Assembly: GCF_009834535.1 (NCBI RefSeq)
Contig: NC_045697.1
Span: 73,472,001 to 73,536,000, forward strand
DNA: 64,000 nucleotides
DNA from: Camelus ferus
Taxonomy: Eukaryota
Direction: 5' to 3'
The position numbers and the translations under genes were made by a program. A model generated the notes under the pieces. The model made no database searches. It was given only the letters and a program-made list of their open reading frames with translations, and had not been told where the DNA came from. Positions 12,400-23,829 of the stretch are shown here, one piece after another; the stretch's first letter is position 1, and each line of letters begins with the position of its first letter.

Positions 12400-12620
12400 G
12401 ATAGACCAGCATGTAAATTCTGTCTCACACGGTTACTAACTATGTGACTCCAAGCCAGTTACTTATTCTCCCTAAGCCTCAGTTTTCTCATCTGCAGTTT
12501 AGGTAAAAATACCAATTCTTATTTCTTAAGATTGTTGTGATAGTTAAATAAAAACTATTCACAGAAAATGCTTAACGGGGTCTGATGCAGAACTGACACT
12601 CGGTGCATGTAAACTAAGGT
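12400..12620 (+). mobile_element. MIR SINE
   Basis: 'tactaactatgtgactccaagccagttacttattctccctaagcctcagttttctcatctgcag'. Confidence 0.85.
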
Positions 12621-12929
12621 GATGATGATACTGGTGTTTCAGAAACCTGCATCGACAGCCTTCCACATTAAGACCCTTTTAGGTTAACTTAGCTCTAAGG
12701 CCAGCGATGTCTTCTTGGTTGAAGAGAACCCTCAGTCTCATCTAACAGAGAGCTCTTCCGAAGAACTGTGTTTTGTGTTCATAAATATGACAATTTCCCC
12801 CACTGATGGTAACTAACATTTCACCATTTAACACATCAAAGCCTTTATTAAAAGCCTGCCTGTTCCTTGCATTTTGACACCATTGCATATGCTGTAGTAT
12901 TTCTTCTGCTAACTTTAATTTTTTAGGCA

Positions 12930-13310
12930 ACTAGTTGAGCACCTATTATCTACTAGGCACTATATAAAGCATTGATAATTCAGAGTTAAAAGATAGATAT
13001 GGTGTTCTCTGGTAAGACATAAACTCAGTGATGAATGCAATACTGGATGATAATTTCTTAAGACAGACAAAAGCCTAGGAATTTCTGGATGTACACAGGA
13101 CGGATGTCCAAAATTGACTGGTTGAATTGGGCAGAAGAATATTAAGGAAGGATGCTTGGAAAATGTGATGGCCAAGCTGAGTTTTAACAGATGAGAAAAA
13201 ATTAGCCAAATTCAAACAAGGGGAGAGATCACTCTTGGGAGCTTGTGTGGAGACAAAGTGGGATGAGAGAACATGTTGCATTTGGGAAACACAAGTGTTC
13301 CAACAAGGTC
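12930..13310 (-). mobile_element. L2 fragment
   Basis: 'gttgagcacctattatctactaggcact...aagctgagttttaacagatgagaaaaaattagccaa'. Confidence 0.7.
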
Positions 13311-16300
13311 ACCTGCTTGCATTTTGAGTGACTGATGCATACATTTCTTTCAAACTTAATGTTTTACATTCAGAGTATTATGTATCCATTTGTAGAGTTA
13401 AAAGTGCATATGCTTTTATTGACCCATCATCAATAAAACGGAGAATTGATAGCACATACATGATTTATCAGCCCAACCGAATTCCACTGTGAACAGGAAG
13501 TGGGCTGTTTTTAAGCCTTACTTTTGCATCTTGCCTGGTAACCACACTCCTAATCAGCTGAGATATCGTGGGAGGCGAGGTGAGGACTATTTATATTGCA
13601 CTTTAGGAAATGCAGCAATTAGCTCTTAGTTCCAGTCTGTCAAAGTGGTATCTTTCAATTCTGTCCTCCACAAAAATGATATGGCTGGGAGGGCCAAGGA
13701 GCAGACTTGGGGACAAGTATTTCTGTCATTATCTTGTTCTGTGACTCTGTCTGTGATGTGTCTTCATCAAGAATAAAACAACAATTTCATCCTGTGAGAG
13801 ACTTTGAATTATTTTAGGTCCTGGAACCACAGACTACAGCCTGTTTTATCCTATGCATTCAGGGATTATGTGAAATCCACCCAGAAAATTACCAACTTTA
13901 TACCATTCAAACACCATTCAGCTGGAGAAATTCTTACCCGTTTTTCAAATGTGAGCACCTGAATCCTAACTGTAATTTTCAGTGTGAGTTCACCCAATTT
14001 AAAACTCTCCTTAAAAATACCTACTTTTTAGACATTTTCTTTCTGGATTTTTTTTTCTTAAATCCTCAAAATTACATGAGAATGAATAATTTTACAACAT
14101 GAAATACAAATAATAAAACGATATATAATTTATTAGGAGTGGTAGGTTTTTAAAAATTAGTTGGCCAGATTTTCAAAAACTGTGAATAATATGCAGAGTG
14201 ATTCCACATTAACTTCCAGGCCAGCCACGTTAGGGAACTGTATCTCTAAACCAGTCTTGCCTGAGTGTTTACATTTGGTGTCTATATATTTGTGCCATGC
14301 CAATAGGTACTGAACAGTGCCTAATTTCAGCCTCTCCAGCAGGAAGTACTCAAACTTTAGATTTCACCAACATTATTTCTATAGTTCTATGCCTGGCCCA
14401 TGTCATGCTGAAATTTAAGGTGTATTTTATTTCAAAATGCTCTGCAAAATATCAATCATAGCTGCTTATTTCCTGGAGATGACATCTCTTGAGCATTTTT
14501 TAATCTGTTCTGTGGTGTCGAATATGTGTTCACATAAGCACCTGATCTTTTGGCAGAGAGATGGTACCAGATTGGCAATATAGCACCTGAAAATAGCTCT
14601 TGGACTCCATGACACTTCATATGTAACGCTTTCCAAGATACTCTCTCACTACCGTCTCTTCTCACTCCAAACCCTACCCATGTCATAGTTCAAAGTTTAA
14701 ATGTCTAAATTTTTGTGCCTGCTAAGCAGAATTCACTCCACCTGTATAAACTCCATATTTACTAATTGAAGATAAGGCAGTTAGATATCATATCTCATAA
14801 GAAAATTATATAAACCAATAATTTGTAGTTTGCAAAGTTAGAAGAAACAAATTAGGTCAGTTATAAATCAAATATGTCATTTTGAATAGTTTACTTCAGC
14901 AGCTTTGAGAAAAATGATTGTGCATGAATTGTGTATTAAGATGTTGATTTTTTTTTTTTTTGTCCCATTAGAAAAATCTGTGACTTACACTGTCCTTACC
15001 ACAATCTACCTTTGGACTGTCGAAATATCCTTATCTGATCACACAGCCTACTAAGGTCAACCTACTGAGTTTCTGGTCAGAGAAAGGAAGGTGTTTGTTT
15101 TATTTTGTTTTAAAATGGAAAGGAGGCTTTTTAACATTGCAAATCCCTTCACCCTAGTAAAGATAATTTGCATTGTCTACTTGTATTACCCTCATCGATA
15201 GATCCAATTGTATTTCTGTTTAGCCCCTTTATTTTTCTAATTCATTTTCACCTTCCTGAACCTGTCCTTACTTATTTCATTCAGGTTTTTAGCACTTACC
15301 TTATCTCTATGTTTAAAAAACTTTTAAGAATGTCCAAGTGACAACGGTAGAGTGTTAAAAATCAATTGTCATAAAGATACACAATTAGTATTTGTATCTC
15401 TAGTTGGACAATTTTAAGTATGCATGATACTAGCTGTTATCTACATAACCAAATCATAAGGTTCAACACTTTAAGGCTCTCTGCAAAATGCAAATGTATT
15501 AATAATTTACTTACACGTCCTCTATTATTCTCTCATTCTGTTTTTGGAGGATACATATTTCATACTGCTTGAAATTTCATATGTGTGGACATAAATGAGA
15601 ATAAAAGGAAGGAGTGGATATAAATTTAGGTAGCTGTTTAGTCCAGAGCAAAAAGCCACTCTCCTGTCTTTTCAGGAAGGAAGCAAGAACTATTCCATGA
15701 AAACTGACCCATAGCCATCCTCCTCCAAACATGAAAGGTTCAGGGAATGATCAGAACATCTATATTTTGCTTTCAAGTCATAAACGTTACCATTTTATAG
15801 CTACGGTGGCAATCAGTACAACTGAGTATAACTTCGGGAAGGTGGATATAAAGCGTTTAAAAAAATCACTGTCTGGTCTATATTAAATTCTATGAGAATG
15901 CTTATGAAGAAACAAGAAGTAGCTAAGGAACTTTCCTTCCTTTCTCAGGAACTGGCTCATGCAAAAAGGTAAAATACATGACCCGAAGTGTTCTAAAATC
16001 TTTACATTCTGGCCAAACAATAAATAAGTCACCTTCCTGGTAATATAATTTTCACTTTAGTGCTTCTTTTACTCTTAAGAGCCTCTTATTAATGACAGAC
16101 ATTCTTCATTTTTATTTTATCTTAATTTTCTGTGACTAGTCTTCTTTCTTATCTAACTCCAAGTCTATAGAACAAACAAACAAAAGTCTTGGAGTAAATC
16201 CCTGAAGTAACACCATCTTTACACTAGAGACCAACTCCTCTCTGACCAATTTCGGGATTACTGATGGCCAGACCTGTTTCTCTACCCAACCCCAGCTCTT

Positions 16301-16541
16301 GGTCTTCCCAGTCCTGCACACAGGCATGTAGGCACGTGCACACCCCAGCCTGCTTGTCCATGCTCCCTTCACACCTGTGGCAACAGCCACTCCTCAGGCC
16401 AGTGGGTGTGGTGTATGCTGGACCGGGTCTTGAAGAAAGAGATCCCAAGGTCCCATGGGACCTGGAAGATGGCTTGGGCAACTTGAGCATAGATCTCCAG
16501 GCTCCTGTGCAGTAGAAGGTAATGAAGAACGCAGTGCTCAG

Positions 16542-16837
16542 CAGACAGAGAAAACAAACTACAGTTATTAAAGGGAAAAGGGCAGTGGGGAGGGGGATAA
16601 ATTAGGGGTTGGGGATTAACAGACACACATTTCTATATATAAAATAAGCAAACAGCAATGACCTACTGTATAGCACAGGGAACTATATTCAATTTCTTGT
16701 AATAACATATAGTGGAAAAGAATCTGAAAAGAAAATATATATGTATGTGTATGTATAACTGAATCGCTTTGCTGTACACCTGAAACTAATATTGTAAATC
16801 AACTACATGTCAATAGAAAAGTAAAAAAAAAAAAAAA
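16542..16837 (+). mobile_element. Young 5'-truncated cetartiodactyl-type L1 3' end with poly(A) and perfect 17-bp TSD
   Basis: 'cagacagagaaaacaaact...gacctactgtatagcacagggaactatattcaa...gctgtacacctgaaactaa...poly(A)', flanked by identical aagaacgcagtgctcag (16525-16541 and 16838-16854). Confidence 0.96.
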
Positions 16838-17211
16838 AAGAACGCAGTGCTCAGGTGTGGATCTAAGTGTGGACTCTGATTCCATAGGTGAGGTCAGAGG
16901 AGAAGCAGGGTGAGGACCCCGTAAGTGCAGGGCTCAGAGCGGGCTCCCAGTGTCCCAGGTCACAAGGTATTACTGGGGAGACGTCTGCTGGATACATATT
17001 AGAGAATAATCAATATTCTAAATAGGATTATTCCTAGCTATGAAGGACAACACCAGGCAGCCCGTATTTAATTATAGATGTGGAATCAGAAAGGCAAATA
17101 TGTGTTTCATAAGCAATCATAAGCTGAAGAAAAAAATTTAATAAGATAGTCAAAGAAAAAAGTGGTTTTTTCATAACATTGAAAATGTCTTGAGAACTTT
17201 AAGCTGGTATT

Positions 17212-17710
17212 CACTCATTCCATGACTATTTTACGGGTTATCCATGATGTCTCAAATGCTGTACTGGGTGCTAGGGACAGATCAACAAAAGCATAGGACA
17301 AAGTTCCTGTCCTTGTGCAGTTTACATTCTAGTTGGAGAGACAAACATTAAAAAAGTATTTTAAAGTAATCAAGTGTATCATTGAAGTAATCAGAAATAT
17401 CAGTAAGTTCAAAAAAATAAAACAATCTGTAGAATATGCGCATTCCAGGCAGGGACAAGTAGGCGCAAAGGCTCTGTAGTGGGACATGGCTTTTCATATA
17501 ACAGGAAGAGATGATGTTGGATGCAAGCATATTCAATATCTTGTAGACCATGGTAAGAATATGGATTTTATTCCAGGAGAAATAAGAGGTCATTAAAGGA
17601 GTTCACGCAGGAACATTTCATGATGTGCTTTGCATTTTTGAAAGATCACTTTGGCTGTAAGGGGAGAGGGGCAAGGGTGGTGGCAGAGGGAGACAGGAGG
17701 TTACAGCACA
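17212..17710 (-). mobile_element. L2 fragment
   Basis: 'tgtactgggtgctagggacag...gttcctgtccttgtgcagtttacattctagttggagagac...ttgtagaccatggtaagaa...gaaagatcactttggctg'. Confidence 0.85.
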
Positions 17711-17954
17711 ATTACTGAGGAATGAGAGTCAAAAATGTCATGGAAACTCGAGCACCACCATTTACTCAAGAGTCTTACTGACCAAGACAACATAGCATGT
17801 TTTTGGATGTTACCATTGGAATGCCAGATCTTAAAAATCCCCGCGAGCATTTCAGAATTGCGTTCATGCACTGTGTGTGCAGGTAAGAGGTGTTTGTGGG
17901 AGGAAAGGCCCAGAACAAGTCAGCCTTCCCTTGCAGCCTCAGCCAGTGTGGCCT

Positions 17955-18070
17955 GTCAGCCGGAGAAGCGACAGGATTAAGCGGGCAGGATTAAGTGAGC
18001 TGAGTGGATTTAAACCAAGCCTCTATATAAAGAGCTCCTAGAATCCCACTTTCAACCCCACCTAAAACAG
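17955..18070 (+). promoter_or_regulatory. Candidate TATA promoter with tandem K50-homeodomain (GGATTA) sites
   Basis: CAGGATTAAG twice (GGATTA at 17974-17979 and 17988-17993), GGATTT at 18006, TATATAAAG at 18024-18032, in non-repeat sequence that retains CpGs. Confidence 0.4.
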
Positions 18071-20284
18071 CTGCTTTGGGACACAGACTTCAGCCAAATA
18101 GACAAAGCTAGGATAAAAAAACCAGAACACTAGGGCAAATGTGCAAGATGTTTCAGGTCTAGATGATCTGGAGGGCCCTTAATTTTTTACTCTCCAAGCC
18201 CTGCTCCTCCCACCATCTTTTTATGAACCTCCCTGCCATTTTTTTCTGAACCTGTGTTGTTGCCTGTTCTAGCCTGGTCCAGCCTGGGTCACTGCTTCAA
18301 TTTCACTGGACTCTAGCTGTTTGCAAAGCACTGTGGCTTTTCCATGAAACCCCCACCTGAGCCTTCTCTTTTCCCTTTCCTTTAATTGGAATACAGACAT
18401 TTCTGTGAAATTGTTTGTTAATTCAATTAGAGGTAGTGAAGGGAGCACAGGGAACAAACTACAAGCTGCCTCATTCCAGCAAGGTCTCCTGATAGTTTTG
18501 TCAACTACGGAAAATTGTCAGCTTCAGCCGAGTGTGCTACTGCGTGTACGGAAGAGGAACGCTACAGCAGCTATCTGAGAGTGACACTGAAAAAACATAC
18601 TCTTTCCAGTCACTGGGAGAAATAATTATTAAAGTGTACCCCATCGCCACGTAGACAGTGTTATGTACCATGGGGGATACAGCAGGAAATGATCCGGTGT
18701 CTGCTCGCATCCTCCACGCCCTCAGAGCACAGCCTCATTAATTCCAGAAGGCCCCATTACAAGGGTGGCAACGCTCTGCAACCTTGTTTTCTTACCCATT
18801 AACCACAGTGCCCTGACCACAAGATGGCCTTTTTCATGTCAGGTTACATGACGCCACTCTGACTCCCAAACAAAGCTCACGTGGTATAATAAGAAACCAA
18901 ACGAGACTTAGCTGCCTCTAGCCTATGTGGCAATCCTTCTTATCACAAGGGAATTATGATCTAGTTGGGGACAAAAAAATATGTATATACATGAAATAAT
19001 CACTGAACACTTCCAGACAACATACAAATAAGATCTACCTGTCCATTGATTGAGGCTCTGAGAAGGACATCTCAAGTGAACGCTTATTCTCATGAGGTTT
19101 ATCACATGCTGCTTCTTATTAAGTTGCAATATTTCAGACTGTTTCATTCCTTAGGCCAAATCCACCCCCTCCTTTTTTTTTTTTTTTTCTTTTTTGACAA
19201 AAGTCTAGAAAGATGCTGCTAGTAAGGCTCTCGGTACAGCTGCAGACCAGAACTCCATTATTCACTGCGCTGCTCTTCCAAAAACCACCTTGACTCACCA
19301 TGGATAAGTGGACGTGGAGGCAGCCGGCTTAGGAAGCGAAACTTTGAAATCAGATACGATCATTGCCAATAAATCTATTTTGGCAACTTAACTCCTAACG
19401 TAACCCTCTCACAAAGACAGATGCTACAGATATAGATGTAAATAGAGGCATAGATACAGATGCATAGATGCAGTTTAGATACAGACATAGCGCCCACCAC
19501 ACACGCAAAGCTCTGAAGCACCAACACGGAATAGAAGAGGCACACTTCCTGCCCATTCTGTGAGGGGAAACAGTCATTTAAAAAATAAACATGCAATTAA
19601 TATGTAATTAGTATTTTTATATGTGCCTTGAAGAAGAAATTCAGGCGGCTTAAAAATGTATAGCGATGTTTTGATCTAGTCTTGGGGGCCTGGATTAGCT
19701 GTTAGGATTGAGTTTCAGCACTGATCAATTATCTTCTCATCACTTGGAAGTATTCTGCCTCCCTGCTAGCCCATGGCTCCTCTAGCCTACACACTGGCTG
19801 CAGACGAGCTCTGCCAGTCTCCTGCAGGCCTTGCACACACCATCTTCTGAACACCTGTGTGACAGAGGGAATATAATCAGGACCCTGGGCCTGATACCTC
19901 ACGTGATTAGTTTACCTGACTGCAGGACCAGCCCAGACCTCCCAAGTCGTCCATCGTGATAAGAGCACTTGTCCTACATGGCTCTGTGCACTCCCCAAAA
20001 TCTGACCCATCTTCCTCACCTCTACACCACCCTAAGTCCCTGCCTTGTGGCTTCCTGAACTCAGAGTCTGTTATCAGCTAATCCCTGTATCTTCAGCCTC
20101 TGCTCAGCATCCTCACTATCGTAATGCTCTCACTGAAACTTGACCCTCCCCAAGGTCACAGCTTCCCCCGAGGCTTTCTCAAGTGGCAGCTCTTTTCTCT
20201 CCCCAACACCTCATGTCTTGCTGAGCATAGCTTTTTATTGCTGATTCCTGTATGGCATGGTCCCCAATAAATACGTGCTTACTT

Positions 20285-20289
20285 ACACA

Positions 20290-20328
<39 letters not shown>
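20285..20328 (+). repeat. (CA)n microsatellite
   Basis: About 22 units with one interruption. Confidence 0.97.
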
Positions 20329-20331
<3 letters not shown>

Positions 20332-20359
20332 GAAAATTCCACCTCTCAGTTTATTCCAT

Positions 20360-20595
20360 AAGCTATTAGCACTTATATATTGATTACTTGCCAGGCATTG
20401 ATCTGATTTATTCCTTACAACAAAGCTGTGAGTTATGTATATTGCTGTCCTTATTTTACAGATGCATTTGAGGGACCTGGGATGTTAAGTTAGTTGTCCA
20501 CAGTTGAACAGCAAGGAAACATTAGAGCCAGGATTTGAACCCTGGTAGCCGGGCTCTGGAGTCCATTCTCTTAAGAACTATGTCCTATTGCCTCC
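20360..20595 (-). mobile_element. MIR SINE
   Basis: 'ttattttacagatgcatttgagg...gttaagttagttgtccacag...agagccaggatttgaaccctgg'. Confidence 0.85.
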
Positions 20596-22399
20596 CACCG
20601 TTTGGTGCCATTATCTTCAGTCTTTCCAGCCACTGCCTCTCATTCAGTGAAAATTTTAACTCTTAGCTCATGTTTTTTTTCGTCCATTATTAGTCCCACC
20701 ATCGGTCTTGGTGACGTCCATAGTTGTGGGAAAGATCCCTTCAGTACCGAGGCCTCATAGTTCCTTCATGCCATCCCCTCTACCACGCACCTCTTGGAGC
20801 CCCCCACTAGGTCTTGTCATTACCAATAATTACTCCATCTTCCAAATCTGTTTCCAGTATCCCACAACGTGATCACCAGCTCTCATCTTCCCACTTCAGA
20901 CATCTAGTACCTCCACTCCTACAACTTTTCTCCCACACCACGCCCTTACTTTCTCCTTACTTGCTTGGATTCCATGTACTATTATTACAATTGCTCCCTT
21001 GCATACACCCTCTATTTCCTTGCCCCTCTCTCCCTCAGTCTTTCTTGCCTGACACAATTCTAATCCCAGCTGAATCTAGTTCGCCTACACATACAAGCCT
21101 GGGCAGCTGAACCTGAAGGAAAAAATGCAGTCAGGCTTACTTTAAATTTGTGAAGGCAAACCTCGGCACCGTCTAGTAAGTCCACATTTCACTAATCAGT
21201 TCTCTCAACCAGTTCAAGATAATTTCATTCACTCTCCTCCCTCCACAAACCTGAAATATCACCTCCTTAATCCTGCATTGGTGATAACCTTGCCTCTTGT
21301 TTCCTGAGTGATAAGAACCCATAAAAAGAAACCATCTTTATCCTCCTACCTGCAAACCTCCAACCTGCCTGCATCCCCGCACATTACTCTGCCTCTGCTC
21401 CTTTCTAAAGGGATGGCAATCTAAGCCCACTTCCAGTCACATTTTTTTCTATTTCACAATATCATTAACTCTCAGTATCATTTAGAAACCCAACTATATA
21501 TCCTACAAATTTAAGCAAAATAGAACCAGCGAACCTATATCCAATGTTTTATTTTTTTTTTTTTAATTTTCAGCTTAGTTCCTGTTTTCCTCTCAAGATC
21601 TATCCCAGGAGTTTTATTCTCCCCAAAGTAATTGCGCACCTATCAACACAATTGATTGCAGAAGTAAGTAATAGATGTAGCATCTTCACCTTCTTATTGG
21701 ATTGCCATAATGAATTCTGCATTTCTCAGCATATTGGGCTTTTAAATTATTAATCATGTACATAGTCCAAACCACATCCATAACATACAACATATAATAT
21801 AGAGAGAGCAGACTGGTATCCAGAGTTTCTGGTGGCAAGACAAACCAGAAGAGGAAAGCATGAGCTGTTTGTACATGTTACCCAAGATTAAAAGATGAAA
21901 ACAATATTTACAAAGTAAAGAGACTGTAAGAAGACTTTTGTGATTTATCTTCTGGGTAGTTTGCTATGATCAGTAACAAATCATTTCTTTCATTTTCCCA
22001 TCACATTCTTACAAAAGAAGGCATTAGTTTAGTTTTTCTAGAATGATGGTTCATGGCTGTTTAAATTAACACCAGCTTTACAGTTTAGTATTCAAATATA
22101 ATAAATACTTGCTTAAAAACTAATCATTCTATCTGAGTGAAAGTATCAGAGAGGGTAATGAGACACCTTGGTTACTTAGGTTGGAAAACTAGGTACCAAT
22201 GTTGATTCTTTTTCCTTTTCACCTCTCATTGCCTCAGTAGACTGGCTCCACAGTAAGGCAGGCTCTGCTGTCCAGAGGAAACTTATATGAACCATATAGT
22301 CTACTTGGGGAGGTATGACATATACATAAAAGCTTAGATGATGTCTTGATATAATTTATACTAAGTGGAAAATAAGTGTATTTCAAATGGAGAGCTCTG

Positions 22400-23125
22400 G
22401 CATTAATTACCCATGTGCAATCAGTTATTAAGCTCCTTTCCTTTTATTCTTCAAAACATCTTCTACACAAGTTTAAATCTTATTTTAATCTTTTCACTAC
22501 CCATATCTTGATGTCATCAATCACATGACTGTAACTGTTTCCTAGCATGCCTCTTTTTCCTCCAACTTATGCTATGGTTCCCTGCTAAAATGGATCTCCT
22601 GAAGCATTGTTTTTGTTATTTCCTGCTCAAAAACATCATAGGTCTCCCTACTTCAAACATCATGCAGCCTTAATTACTTTGCTTGATGTTTAAGACATAT
22701 CAAATCTGATCACATCATTATTTCCCATGAGGCCCCCACTCCTCTGTCTCATAAGGTCAGTATCCTCAGAGCCATGAGGAAATCTATGGTTTCTGAGCCT
22801 TCATAGCTCTTCTTCCTCACCTAAGCAGCATTCTTCACCACTTCTGCCTCTGAAATTTCAGCCTGTCCTTCAAGGGCCAGCTAAGACCTACTATCTCCAT
22901 GTTAGCTTCCCAGACTGCATCCCTTTTTATTCCCTCTCCTCTTTGCTCCTGTGACACCCGTGGCATGTACCACAGAGATGAGCACATGTTCACCAAACTT
23001 ATTCAAAAGCTCATTCATCCATTTTGGGTCTTCCAATTATTAATTCCTAAGAGGCAGGAACTGTATTTTATATAGATACCACAGCACCCGCACGGTCGAG
23101 AATACATAGTAGGAATATATTAAAT
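22400..23125 (+). mobile_element. L2 3' region
   Basis: 'tttcctgctcaaaaac...tgtccttcaagggccagct...aattcctaagaggcaggaactg...acatagtagg'. Confidence 0.7.
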
Positions 23126-23829
23126 AGAGAGGCTGTTTATAAACCCTCTCTTTGCTGACTTATATTTCCTAAAAATATACATTTAAATAAGTTAGTATAA
23201 AAATGTTTATCTATTGTTTAACATAATTTCAGTATATTATTACATACGAATGTGTATGTAGCATAAAACAGATTTATAGTTGTTATTTAACAGATGTTTC
23301 TGGAATGCTCAAAAGAATAGAATAAGCACTTAAAGTGATACTTTTTTCTCTGCTCTTTTTCTTTCCATATTGAGAATCTTAGCAGTATCCTTGATTCAGT
23401 ACTAAGAGTAAAAGCCAAGGGAGGTATTTACTATGTGGCCCCTGGATACTAGAAAACGTACTGCACTGAAAACTTACGATCTACTCTGCATCTAAGACAA
23501 AGCCAGACAGGTAAGATTTTCTCTATCATAGTGCTTTAGCAGAGGCCTGGAGGTGTAAGTGCTCAATAATTTCTTGTTAATTGATTGAATCGTTGATAAT
23601 TCACTCAATAGAAGATTCCATTTCTGAAATATGCTCATAATTATCTTCAGGAATTAAATCTAGGTGGTATTTCCCAAGGCAATTCTTCATTCTAACTTCG
23701 AGAAGTGATGTGATTAATGGGAAAGAGATATTCTAATTTCCCATTTCTAGATTTTACCATTATCTTAAGAGGTAGCAGGTCAAGAGTCCCGTTGCCACAC
23801 TTCTAGTAATTTTCTTTGAGTGGTAAAAA

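Larger units (their letters stand above)
19980..21420 (+). mobile_element. L2 ORF2-region fragment interrupted by (CA)n and MIR
   Basis: CT-rich L2 sense strand: 'ctctcactgaaacttgaccctcccc...cttggtgacgtccatagt...tgatcaccagctctcatcttcccac...gataaccttgcctcttgtttcctgag'. Confidence 0.75.
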
